DNA of 63,822 nt, the filler included, from Octopus bimaculoides (taxonomy: Eukaryota), in the NCBI RefSeq assembly GCF_001194135.2. It is 4 parts of 4 records of this genome, joined end to end, with 100 filler letters (N's around TTAATTAATTAA, not from the genome) between each part and the next. Parts side by side here need not be neighbours in the genome. Positions count along the whole stretch, not along the records: positions 1 to 30,323 come from NC_068999.1; positions 30,424 to 50,695 come from NC_068998.1; 2 more parts are not named here. One strand, given 5' to 3'. Shown in pieces: positions 26,931-38,409 of this stretch. The number at the start of each line of letters is the position of its first letter. Positions within the stretch are counted from its first letter, which is position 1. Under the pieces are notes generated by a model that saw only the letters and a list, made by a program, of their open reading frames with translations, did not search any database and was not told where the DNA came from. Position numbers and translations under genes: made by a program.

Positions 26931-27206
26931 TACGTGGTCTGATCAATAAGTATACGGACTGTTGCCGTAGTAACGAAGCTAAAGCACACAGAGTGAAACC
27001 GCTTAACACAGATTGATCTCGAACACTACTGTGCATGTGTACTAAGTTTTAACGTTCTAGCTGACTTTCGCTTCTGCAGCAGTGCTTGGAAGGAAGGTGT
27101 GTAGCGTGTGATGGTTGAATTGACAATGATAGAGGAAGTTGAGCAGAGAAACTGCATCAAGTTTTACCAAAAGCTTCGCGATACCTGCTCAGAGGCCTAC
27201 GCAAAG
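26931..27206 (+). mobile_element. Mariner element, left terminal inverted repeat and transposase N-terminus
   Basis: ta|tacgtggtctgatcaataagtatacggact is a mariner-type terminal repeat. ATG at 27126 gives MIEEVEQRNCIKFYQKLRDTCSEAYAK. Confidence 0.85.
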
Positions 27207-27570
27207 ATTTCAAAATTTTTTCATCGTTCTCGAAAGAGTCAAAGAGATCTTCTGAAACCCAAGTGTCTTTTTGGTCAGCTGAAAGAAGGTTTTGGCACAA
27301 ATTTGGCAGACACGCGTCTCATACCCAAATCTTAAATGATAATGGACTGAACTGAACCGTAACTAATCTGCACATCCTCTGATAACTCATGGATGGTGAT
27401 TCGACGATTTCCCCTCACAGCTGCATGCACATTTGTGATGTTTTTTCTCAGTCCTGCTGGTTGCGGATCTCCCAGAACGTTCGTCGATATCGATATTTTT
27501 CGGCCATATTGGAAATGTCTGAACCACTCGTACACTTGTGTGTGTCTCATACACATCTCTCCACACATCT
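27202..27570 (-). mobile_element. Mariner transposase segment (HTH region to FVPK linker), inverted
   Basis: Minus strand: CGEMCMRHTQVYEWFRHFQ...RGNRRITIHELSEDVQISYGSVQSII*DLGMRRVSAKFVPK...ENDEKILKS. Confidence 0.88.
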
Positions 27571-27589
27571 CGTAATATTTATTATATTC

Positions 27590-28064
27590 TCCGCGCGTGT
27601 TTACATATAGTGAGAGATGCATGGCTTTGGAGTGTTTTAACTCTTCTTTCTAACAAACAGGTCTATATTACACCCTAACTTTTAATATATATATTTCGCC
27701 AATTTTGATTAGGTTTGCTGGCCACTTTATCATTAATTTTTTAAAGATAATGATTACTTATTTGAATTTTGAATTTATACTTGCTCATTAAAGTTCGTTT
27801 GGAAATGGCGGGACCTTCAGCTCAATCGACGCGCATGAAGAGGTAAATATATATTTTTAAAATAGTTTACTTAGTCAGCCTAGCTGGTGAGCTTTAAGAT
27901 TCAATTGATACTGAGATATCTACCCTCCTCTTTGTAATTTTACAAATGTGGACCACCGTATGTTTGCTAGATTTTCCGAGCGTGTTTTCATATAGTGATA
28001 GATGCGTGCCTTTGGGGAGTGTTAGCTACTCTTTTTAGCAAACAGGTACATTTTGTGCCATAAC

Positions 28065-28080
<16 letters not shown>
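27590..28080. repeat. ~100-bp imperfect direct repeat, offset 385 bp
   Basis: tccgcgcgtgtttacatatagtgagagatgc...aaacaggt...taacttttaatatat (27590) versus tccgagcgtgttttcatatagtgatagatgc...aaacaggt...taacttttaatatat (27975). Confidence 0.8.
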
Positions 28081-28129
<49 letters not shown>

Positions 28130-28655
28130 GCAGTGGAACCGAAACCGGAACCATTTGGTTAGGAAACAAACTTCTTGTCATGTAGATACATACGTACATA
28201 CATACATACATACATACATAATACATACATACATACATACATACGTAGATACGTACGAATATACATAGCCTTCAATAAGAATATACGCACATATATACAC
28301 ACACACACATACATATCCGTCAATAAATTGTGTACCACAGAGTCTGTAAGAGAAATTTATGCCTTTCTATCAATGTTAAAATATTTGTGTCTTGCTCCAA
28401 TATTAAAAATAAGTATCTCTTTTCTATCATTTCGATCTATGATCTCTAACAGGTTTTTTTAATTTTCAGTTCAATACTGGAAGTATCGATATAAATATTG
28501 TAAATATTTCTTTAAATTAAGATGGGTTAATAACCCAGGAAATTACAATTTCATATCAGATATTTTAACTTCAAACTCTTCATACCAACAAAGAATATGT
28601 TTTATAGTGTTTGCTTATACAAGTTCGTATAAATGTATATACTATATATCTTTTA

Positions 28656-28692
<37 letters not shown>

Positions 28693-28693
28693 G

Positions 28694-28746
<53 letters not shown>

Positions 28747-29418
28747 NNNNNNNNNNNNNNNNNNNNNNNNNNNNNNNNNNNNNNNNNNNNNNNNNNNNNN
28801 NNNNNNNNNNNNNNNNNNNNNNNNNNNNNNNNNNNNNNNNNNNNNNNNNNNNNNNNNNNNNNNNNNNNNNNNNNNNNNNNNNNNNNNNNNNNNNNNNNNN
28901 NNNNNNNNNNNNNNNNNNNNNNNNNNNNNNNNNNNNNNNNNNNNNNNNNNNNNNNNNNNNNNNNNNNNNNNNNNNNNNNNNNNNNNNNNNNNNNNNNNNN
29001 NNNNNNNNNNNNNNNNNNNNNNNNNNNNNNNNNNNNNNNNNNNNNNNNNNNNNNNNNNNNNNNNNNNNNNNNNNNNNNNNNNNNNNNNNNNNNNNNNNNN
29101 NNNNNNNNNNNNNNNNNNNNNNNNNNNNNNNNNNNNNNNNNNNNNNNNNNNNNNNNNNNNNNNNNNNNNNNNNNNNNNNNNNNNNNNNNNNNNNNNNNNN
29201 NNNNNNNNNNNNNNNNNNNNNNNNNNNNNNNNNNNNNNNNNNNNNNNNNNNNNNNNNNNNNNNNNNNNNNNNNNNNNNNNNNNNNNNNNNNNNNNNNNNN
29301 NNNNNNNNNNNNNNNNNNNNNNNNNNNNNNNNNNNNNNNNNNNNNNNNNNNNNNNNNNNNNNNNNNNNNNNNNNNNNNNNNNNNNNNNNNNNNNNNTTAT
29401 CTTGTCCTGTGCTCACAG

Positions 29419-29458
29419 GTACTGGAGGAGAAGTAAGAGTGCCCCCTCGTAACATCTG
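29419..29458 (+). CDS. Candidate internal coding exon A (40 nt, phase 1 to 2), unidentified gene: (G)TGGEVRVPPRNI(W)
   Basis: Acceptor tcttgtcctgtgctcacAG, donor TG|GTATGT. Only one frame is open. No homolog recognised with confidence. Confidence 0.33.
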
Positions 29459-29586
29459 GTATGTCTTTGCCATGTTTATAGTGCCACATCATCTTTCTCT
29501 GACTACAAACAATTTTTGAGAAGAAGAAGAAGAAGAAGAAGAAGAAGAAGAAGAAGAAGAAGAAGAAGAAGAAGAAGAAGAAGAAG

Positions 29587-29626
<40 letters not shown>

Positions 29627-30123
29627 GCAATTAATTTACTAATTGGCAGGAACTTTATTTATCGACAACAAAGAGATAAAGAGTAGTATTGACCGCGTTG
29701 CAATTCGATCCAAGACTGTCGAGATTCACAGCCGATAATGCAGCTTAAATATAATAACAAGTTAAATATAATAGACCATAATATGAATATTTACTTTAAC
29801 ATTCTCCATTTCCTCTCCAATATGTTTATGCCAGACAGATAAAAAAAAAATATTAATTTGACAACTGATAACAAACAACACAGAATACTTGGTAGATGAA
29901 AGTATGAGATAAATCAAGTCAGACGGCGAAAATGTTAGCCGAATTTTCATTATCGCTGCTGTGTTTAATGTCTTCCATTTTAAAATGTGTGGATTTTCAT
30001 ATATTTAAGCGATAATTTGTAACTATATCTTAGATATTTATATGAGAAAAAGATCGTTTAGTGCAAGTAAGTAAACGTATGTATAACATACATACATACT
30101 TACATACACACACACACATGCAC

Positions 30124-30160
<37 letters not shown>

Positions 30161-30323
30161 GATATAGATATAGAAACTGATATATATATAGATATATATA
30201 GATATATATATATAGATATAGATATATATATATAGCTATAGATATATATATATATACACCCTGACATCCGAAACTCGGAGTTTTATCATGGCTACTGAAT
30301 ATGTGTCGCATATATATGTATAT

Positions 30324-30423
30324 NNNNNNNNNNNNNNNNNNNNNNNNNNNNNNNNNNNNNNNNNNNNTTAATTAATTAANNNNNNNNNNNNNNNNNNNNN
30401 NNNNNNNNNNNNNNNNNNNNNNN
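30324..30423. other. Synthetic scaffold-join spacer 44N-TTAATTAATTAA-44N
   Basis: Exactly 100 bp, identical to 50696-50795 and 61766-61865. The 12-mer has stops in all six frames. Confidence 0.95.
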
Positions 30424-30588
30424 TATATAACATACAGAAAATTGCACTACTGGGCACTGCACACATTCTACGCAAAACACTTTCAATACAGTAAACATAA
30501 GAGCACCACAGCAAACCACAGCACATACCCAAGGCGCACAGAGCTGCGCTCGGTAGTGAAGTGAAAGCACGTTATAAAAATAAAACTA

Positions 30589-30623
<35 letters not shown>

Positions 30624-30640
30624 TAATAATAATAATAATA
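30424..30640 (+). mobile_element. R4/Dong-type non-LTR retrotransposon 3' end with (AAT)n tail
   Basis: YNIQKIALLGTAHILRKTLSIQ* (stop at 30492-30494) matches the C-terminal LQKxxLLGTAxIxRK motif of RLE-bearing R4-clade elements, followed by a short 3' UTR and (AAT)n from 30592. Confidence 0.8.
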
Positions 30641-30713
30641 CATCAATACATCAGAAAGTGATAAGTGCAGAATCTGTGGACAAAATGGTGAAACCGTATG
30701 GCATATTACCAGT
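30641..30713 (+). mobile_element. R4/Dong-type fragment, CCHC zinc-knuckle region
   Basis: TSESDKCRICGQNGETVWHITS (CxxC...H pattern). Confidence 0.7.
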
Positions 30714-30935
30714 CATGTCTTTATCACAGGTTTTGTTGGAGCTCCTGGAGTCCTGCATACGTAGCGGGTTTACTACCTGCAGCCTACGGTACCATGCTAT
30801 CCGTTCCTTTCAGAGATCTAATCCTTTCCTGATTATTCTGGCCGGGCACACTATTCTAACTTCCTTTATATTCCTCTTGGTGCCTTCTGATACTGTTCCC
30901 AAGGACCCAACAATAATTGGCACTATCTCCACCAT
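30714..30935 (-). mobile_element. R4/Dong-type fragment, end of RLE domain plus 3' UTR
   Basis: Minus strand: MVEIVPIIVGSLGTVSEGTKRNIKEVRIVCPARIIRKGLDL* (stop at 30810-30812), starting from an (AAT)n tract. Confidence 0.78.
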
Positions 30936-30954
30936 TATTATTATTATTATCCCT

Positions 30955-31109
30955 TCCGCCGAGGCCGACTATGTTTTTCATCCTTTCGGGGTCGATGAAA
31001 AAGATATCAAGCACTGGGGGGGTCAATGTACCCAGTCTAGCTCTGGGGTCGATGTAATCGATTATCCCCCTCCCACAATATTTCAGGCCTTGTGTCTTCA
31101 GTAGAAAGG

Positions 31110-31110
<1 letters not shown>
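30955..31110 (+). mobile_element. SINE family A 3' half ending in (ATT)n
   Basis: ccgccgaggccgactatgtttttcatcctttcggggtcgat...caggccttgtgtcttcagtagaaaggattattatt. Confidence 0.8.
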
Positions 31111-31147
<37 letters not shown>

Positions 31148-31200
31148 CATCATCATCATCATCATCATCATTATTATTACTATTGTTATTGTTGTTGTTG

Positions 31201-31255
<55 letters not shown>

Positions 31256-31989
31256 CATTATTNNNNNNNNNNNNNNNNNNNNNNNNNNNNNNNNNNNNNN
31301 NNNNNNNNNNNNNNNNNNNNNNNNNNNNNNNNNNNNNNNNNNNNNNNNNNNNNNNNNNNNNNNNNNNNNNNNNNNTTAAAACTATTTCTACAGTCTGTCG
31401 TTTCAGAAATTTCCCATCAATCTGAGCCACCTTCCTAACCCACCACCACCACCACCACCACCACCACCACCACCATCTTCACCTTACGCTTCAACAGGAA
31501 GTAGAACCACCGACATCACAACTTCATTACCATCCATCATACAAGCAGAAAGGCTAACTAACGCGAAGCTTTTCAGGAATTATTAAGCCTATTAATACCC
31601 AAGAGTTTTACAATTTGACTGATTTTGAGAGAACGGAAGATAAAGAGGAAAGTTTGTTCAATTGTCTTCAGAATCTATTAGATTCTCTAGCAGACCAGCT
31701 GCTTTCCTGCATCCATTTCTGACGTTTTCACGGCAAATCTTGCTGTCGGTCAGTGAAGTCTATATCTGACTGAAGTGTGAGGAATTTTGCGATTGGAAGA
31801 TTCTGTTCTGTTCAGTTGTAGAGTTCAGTAAATGAAGGTGGGAGATTTTACACGCCTGACCAACAATATACATACATCACTACAGCAGTACTTGCTTCCA
31901 TGTGTGCGTGTGTGTGTGTGTGTGGACACGTTACCGGCATAAGTATCTGCGCACAGAGATATATGCATGTCTACATATTTACGTAGATG

Positions 31990-32056
<67 letters not shown>

Positions 32057-32181
32057 GTATATATATATATATATGTGTGTGTGTGTATATATATGTATGT
32101 CTGTATATAAGTATCTATCTATACACACATATATGTATGTATTAATATATACATACACGCGTGTGTGTATGTGTGTGTGTG

Positions 32182-32217
<36 letters not shown>

Positions 32218-32707
32218 GAGTGGAAGCAAAAAGATATAGACAGACAGACAGACAAAAAAATTGCTGTAAAAGTTTCATATGTATATTTGATGTGGTGTAT
32301 TTGATGTCCATTCTTCTCATTTGTTTCATCCACATAGGATATAGTCGTAATGCTGACTACCAGTTAACGAATTGTTCGCTGTCACTGACTCAATAGCTTG
32401 GTTAGATGAACTGAAACTGCACTACCATACATACATACATACATACATGGATGCGTGCATGAATAGAATGTCCTATTGCAGGATTCGTTAGAACCTAGGT
32501 TTTTCAACGTGTGTGACGCAAGGAAAGGTCGGGTACTGGGCGTACAATACTCAGGAACAATTAACGTTATTGTTAGCTGGGTGTATGTTGTAAGTGCGCA
32601 TATATACACCTATACGTCTATCTATATATAATTACGCAGAAAAATGTATATATACACATAGGTACACGATTAGTACGAACTGTAGATTGTTTCCTATGCA
32701 GTGTGTG

Positions 32708-33041
32708 TATAAAAGAAGAACACAAATGGGGTTCAAAATACCCAACAGCTGTTTCGGTAACATTTTATTGATGAATTCTAAGATAACATCATGGCAAATA
32801 TCCGCCATCTTCAATTGATTTTAAACAAACAAACAGGTTATGCAGAAGATATAAGTTAACTTGTGCACCAAGCTAACTGGTGGGAAGTGTAAGTTGGTGA
32901 GCAAGTCAAATCATATCTTCCGACTTATCTGTTTCTTTGTTTAAAATCACCTGAAGATGGAGGATTTTTGCCATGATGTAATATAAGAGTACCGAAACAG
33001 CTGTTGTGAATTTTGAACTCCATTTGTATTCTACTTTTATA
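32708..33041. mobile_element. 334-bp foldback/MITE-like element, almost entirely palindromic
   Basis: Left arm tataaaagaagaacacaaatggggttcaaaatacccaacagctgtttcggta aligns to the reverse complement of the right arm taccgaaacagctgttgtgaattttgaactccatttgtattctacttttata. Complementarity continues inward (catcatggcaaa, ccatcttca, ttttaaacaaa, gaagatat) with one 16-nt indel. Confidence 0.85.
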
Positions 33042-33724
33042 CATACATACATACATACATACATACAGAGGGATAAAGAGAGAGAAAGAAAGAGAGAGAA
33101 AGGGAGAGAGAGAGAAAAGGGAGAGAGAGAAAGGGAGAGAGAGTGTGTGTGTGTGTGACTGGAGAAAATAGACAGAGAGAGACAGAGTGGGGAACGAAGC
33201 TAGGAAGAGAGAAAGATATGGTAGTGATAAAAGAGACATAAAATAGAAGACGTTATAGACTATAGATTAAAAAAGTAAATATAAGAATAAGGAAGTAAAT
33301 AACAAAATAAATAAATAACAAACATAAATAAACAACTCTGACATTACATGATTAAAAAACAAGACAATATTAAACAAATATTTTTTTTTTAAAAACCAAA
33401 AAAATGAACATCAATCCAAGACGAACAAACAAAATATTCTAAACTTTCGCCATACGAGATGGTGTCGTCTGCTTCTTTACATAATTTTTCCTCCATTTGC
33501 TCTTCAGAATATTATTGTCGCTGTTTTTACTCGAGTGACGAAAAGAAAAAAAAAAGCAAAAGAGACAAGAAATTAGAAACACAAGCCAATTGGAAAAACA
33601 TATTTGGAGGAAAAATGGTTGCGTTTTAATCCAATTGGTGTTGGTTTTACTTATTCATGATTTATAAGTATCTTCTACTAGTCATCATTTTTGATCTCAC
33701 CCCCGTTTCTTTCTTTCTTTCTTC

Positions 33725-33769
<45 letters not shown>

Positions 33770-33838
33770 TTTCTCACTCAATCACTCTCTTTGTTTCTTT
33801 CTTTCATTCTTTCTTTCTTTCTTTCTTTCTTTCTTTTT

Positions 33839-33869
<31 letters not shown>

Positions 33870-34050
33870 CTCTCTCTCCCACTCTCTCTCTTTCTCTCAC
33901 TCTCTCACTCACTCTCTTTCCCTCTAACCCTCTTTCTTCTCTCTCTATCTCCATGTTTTTTTTTCCTTTTCTCCTTTTGCCGCTATTTCTCTGACGTTCA
34001 CTTTGTTACTTTCTCTCTTTTTATGATCTCATATCTATCCTACTGCCGGG

Positions 34051-34105
<55 letters not shown>

Positions 34106-34756
34106 TCTCGGCTTCAAGAGCATCCTTTCTGTCTGTCGTGCCCGAGAATTTGAACTTACGGAGACAATATTTAATGCAGGTAAATAGTTGCATAATCAGG
34201 TAGGTAGATATAGATAGAGAGATAGATAGCTATGTAATTGTATATTTATACATATAAATACACATTTATATATATTTACACATATACAAAACTATCGGTT
34301 CTAAATTGCGAATAACTACCTTAATAATTTGTGTTTGTGCGTGTGAGTGCGTGTGTGTATGTGTGTGTTTGATTAATGAGAGAAACGGAAGATGGAAGAT
34401 ACGAGGATGTTTATTGATCACTACTGTTGTTTCGATCCATCTAGCAGCGATCCCTCACCGGTGGGATACTTAACACCTGACTGAGATGTGTCCGTTGGTG
34501 TAGATGTTTCTCCTCAGGTGATTACAACATGTATCACGTAAAAATAAAGTCTGTTCCGCAAGACTTCTTTTTAGTATGTTTACAAAAGCAGAAAATTAAG
34601 GCATCGATGCTAGATGGGTCAAAACAATTGTAGTGATTAATAAACATTCTCGTATCTTCCGTCTTCCGTCTCTCTCATTAACTAAATGCCCAACGGACAC
34701 TAAGAAAGTGAGTGTGCTTTACCGGTAAACTACCAGGTGTACAACATACGATTTAT

Positions 34757-34834
<78 letters not shown>

Positions 34835-35950
34835 NNNNNNNNNNNNNNNNNNNNNNNNNNNNNNNNNNNNNNNNNNNNNNNNNNNNNNNNNNNNNNNNNN
34901 NNNNNNNNNNNNNNNNNNNNNNNNNNNNNNNNNNNNNNNNNNNNNNNNNNNNNNNNNNNNNNNNNNNNNNNNNNNNNNNNNNNNNNNNNNNNNNNNNNNN
35001 NNNNNNNNNNNNNNNNNNNNNNNNNNNNNNNNNNNNNNNNNNNNNNNNNNNNNNNNNNNNNNNNNNNNNNNNNNNNNNNNNNNNNNNNNNNNNNNNNNNN
35101 NNNNNNNNNNNNNNNNNNNNNNNNNNNNNNNNNNNNNNNNNNNNNNNNNNNNNNNNNNNNNNNNNNNNNNNNNNNNNNNNNNNNNNNNNNNNNNNNNNNN
35201 NNNNNNNNNNNNNNNNNNNNNNNNNNNNNNNNNNNNNNNNNNNNNNNNNNNNNNNNNNNNNNNNNNNNNNNNNNNNNNNNNNNNNNNNNNNNNNNNNNNN
35301 NNNNNNNNNNNNNNNNNNNNNNNNNNNNNNNNNNNNNNNNNNNNNNNNNNNNNNNNNNNNNNNNNNNNNNNNNNNNNNNNNNNNNNNNNNNNNNNNNNNN
35401 NNNNNNNNNNNNNNNNNNNNNNNNNNNNNNNNNNNNNNNNNNNNNNNNNNNNNNNNNNNNNNNNNNNNNNNNNNNNNNNNNNNNNNNNNNNNNNNNNNNN
35501 NNNNNNNNNNNNNNNNNNNNNNNNNNNNNNNNNNNNNNNNNNNNNNNNNNNNNNNNNNNNNNNNNNNNNNNNNNNNNNNNNNNNNNNNNNNNNNNNNNNN
35601 NNNNNNNNNNNNNNNNNNNNNNNNNNNNNNNNNNNNNNNNNNNNNNNNNNNNNNNNNNNNNNNNNNNNNNNNNNNNNNNNNNNNNNNNNNNNNNNNNNNN
35701 NNNNNNNNNNNNNNNNNNNNNNNNNNNNNNNNNNNNNNNNNNNNNNNNNNNNNNNNNNNNNNNNNNNNNNNNNNNNNNNNNNNNNGTGTATAAAGTGAAT
35801 CACCAGTGAATTTGACATCAACATTGAACTGTATTAGATTATTTTCTGATTTCAATGTCGACATTCGCCTTCAATGGAATCCCATGGAACCGTTCGTTAT
35901 TGTGATCATGGCTCGAGCTGCGTGCATGCCTGTATGTATATGCATATGTG

Positions 35951-35981
<31 letters not shown>

Positions 35982-36215
35982 ATACACACGCTCACATACA
36001 TATACATAGGTAACATATACAACCGCGCGCATATGTACCTATCGATGTGATTTGAAATTTATCTTTCTGTGACAAGAATATTTCATACTGTATGTGGGTG
36101 TNNNNNNNNNNNNNNNNNNNNNNNNNNNNNNNNNNNNNNNNNNNNNNNNNNNNNNNNNNNNNNNNNNNNNNNNNNNNNNNNNNNNNNNNNNNNNNNNNNN
36201 NTTCTTCTTCTTCTT

Positions 36216-36246
<31 letters not shown>

Positions 36247-36342
36247 TATGATAAAAAATTGATTATAACATTGTAAAAGTCTTTGAATTCTAATAAACAG
36301 AAAAGTTTCTTATCGCAGAATCAATATTCCCACGATGTTTTT

Positions 36343-36391
36343 ATCATCATCATCATCATCATTACTATCATCATCATCATCATCATCATCA

Positions 36392-36437
<46 letters not shown>

Positions 36438-36606
36438 CATCATCAACATCATCATTATTGTTATTATTATCATTATCATTACTATCATCATCATCATGAT
36501 CATCATCATCATCACCATCATCATCATTATCATTATTGTTGTTACTGTTGTTATCAATATTATCATTATCACTATCGTTATTATATGATTATTATTATTA
36601 TTATTA

Positions 36607-36643
<37 letters not shown>

Positions 36644-36700
36644 CGTCGTCATCATCATCATCATCGTTATTATTAGTAGTATTATTACGACTACTGCTAT
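36343..36700. repeat. Long degenerate (CAT/TAT)n trinucleotide tract
   Basis: Directly visible. It generates spurious poly-Ile and poly-Met ORFs. Confidence 0.9.
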
Positions 36701-37720
36701 TACGCTTGTATTTTATATTCATTTTTCTCCGTTTTGTTTGCATTTTCCACTTTTTTTGTCATTTTTTTTTATTTTCAATTTTTTTTCTTTCATTTTATTA
36801 TTTTTATTATCATCATCTTTTTTTTTACTTCTTTTTCTTTTGGTTCTAACCAAAAATTCAATTTAAGCATCTATAGCTTTCTCGCCGAACATCAAATTTA
36901 TAAACTGCAATAATAATTGAGTTAGCAGCAGAAATTAAAGCAGCATTTTCGTAAAACTTATTTCATATCAATTTTTCGTTGATATTTCACCGTATTTTTA
37001 CATCTGTTTCCAAACATTGACGAACAAGAATTTTCCTTATCTTTTCAATGTAACCAATTCACAGAAGGGCCATCTCTATTCCTTCCTTCCTGCCCTCTTT
37101 CCCCTTCCTTCTTTCTTTTCTTTTATTTCTTTCCTTCCTCATCCCAACACCCCGCCCCCTTACCGTCTACATCATTTTCTTCTTTGCTTTTTATTTTTAC
37201 ATCTTTTGCTTTTTGTTTTTATTATTTTAACATATTTTTTCTTCTGTTTCTTCTTCATATTCCTCGTAAGTCTTTTTCAACTTTTCTTCTTCTTCTTCTT
37301 CTTCTTCTTCTTCTTCTTCTTGTGTTTATACTTTCTTATTCGGCTATCTTCCGACTTATTATTGATACCATCATCCTCATCATCATCATCATCGTCATCG
37401 TCGTCATCATCATCATCATCACCATCACCACCAACATCATCATCATCATCATCATCATCATCTTAAATTTTGAATACACCACTACAATCCCCAACACTAT
37501 AACACCACAACAACCACATTCAGCTCCACATTCAGCGCCACATAATTATAAAAAATATCGGATTTTTTTTAAACATCGATCGGCTAAGAGGGTCCATCGG
37601 GGTAAAACAGGAATCAAAACCAAAAGATCGATAAATAAAAAATGGGTGAGAAACACCAATCTATAGTTTGAGTCAACCAAAACTACCGTCTCATAGCACA
37701 ACACATAATTCCTTTCTTGA

Positions 37721-38235
37721 CCCATTAACTGCCAAATTTTTTTCTTCATCTTTTTTGGCTTTACCAGGTGTCTTAGGAGTTAAAATAATATATAGTATTT
37801 AAATTTTCTTCATCTGTGAATTATTTTGGAAATTAGGATAAATTTTTCGGAATGTCCCAAATGGGGATCGCTGAAAAAGTGCATATATATATCCTTTTCT
37901 ATTCAATTGCAATAATAAACATTTTAGTCTTTTTGAAACTATAGTATCAAATGCGAATGTGTATGAAATATCAATGAATGATATAGATGGAGAATGCAAA
38001 AAAGAAAAGAAAAACCTTTTCAAAACAGTCAATATTTTTGTAGTTCAAAAATTGCGATTTATGACATAAAATGTCCTCTAGAATTAGCTCTATGACAAAC
38101 TTTAACGACTAAATATTGTTAAACGTATCTCTGCAAATGAAATGTAAATAAGCAATTCACTTTAAATATAACGAACAACCAGCAGTGAGACTGCTTTCTG
38201 CAGATCCCCAAATGGGGCTCGTGGCAGGCAATGGG
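37721..38235. mobile_element. piggyBac-like non-autonomous element (~515 bp)
   Basis: ttga|CCCATTAACTGCCA ... TGGCAGGCAATGGG|TTAA: 14-bp terminal inverted repeats match at 12/14 positions. TTAA target on the right, one mismatch on the left. Confidence 0.7.
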
Positions 38236-38261
38236 TTAATATTTCTGTGCTTAATGTTGCA

Positions 38262-38409
38262 CGGTGCGCTGGCAGAATTGTTAGCGCGTCAGACAAAATG
38301 CTTAATGGCATTTCTTCCGGTTCTTTACATTCTCAGTTCAAATCCTGCCGAGGTTGACTTTTCGTTTCATCCTCTTCAGGTCGATAAAATAAAAATGGTT
38401 GTCAAGTAC
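38262..38409 (+). mobile_element. SINE family A, running into a gap
   Basis: gcgctggcagaattgttagc...ctcagttcaaatcctgccgaggttgactttt...ggtcgataaaata. Confidence 0.8.

Noticed and set aside
29419-29458. Nicotinic acetylcholine receptor (Cys-loop) exon, from VRVPPRNIW resembling the xRxPxxxIWxPD motif
   Set aside because: No following PDxxLYN exon, Cys-loop or transmembrane exons were found, and the conserved nAChR intron I recall falls at YNS rather than at this Trp.
30368-30379. TTAATTAATTAA as a homeodomain site or PacI-like conserved element
   Set aside because: Always centred in exactly 44 N on each side, so it is an assembly linker.
35855-35890. DIRLQWNPME, resembling the nAChR WxDxRLxWNP motif
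   Set aside because: No usable splice sites, lacks the preceding Trp, and lies downstream of the motif it should precede. Likely chance.
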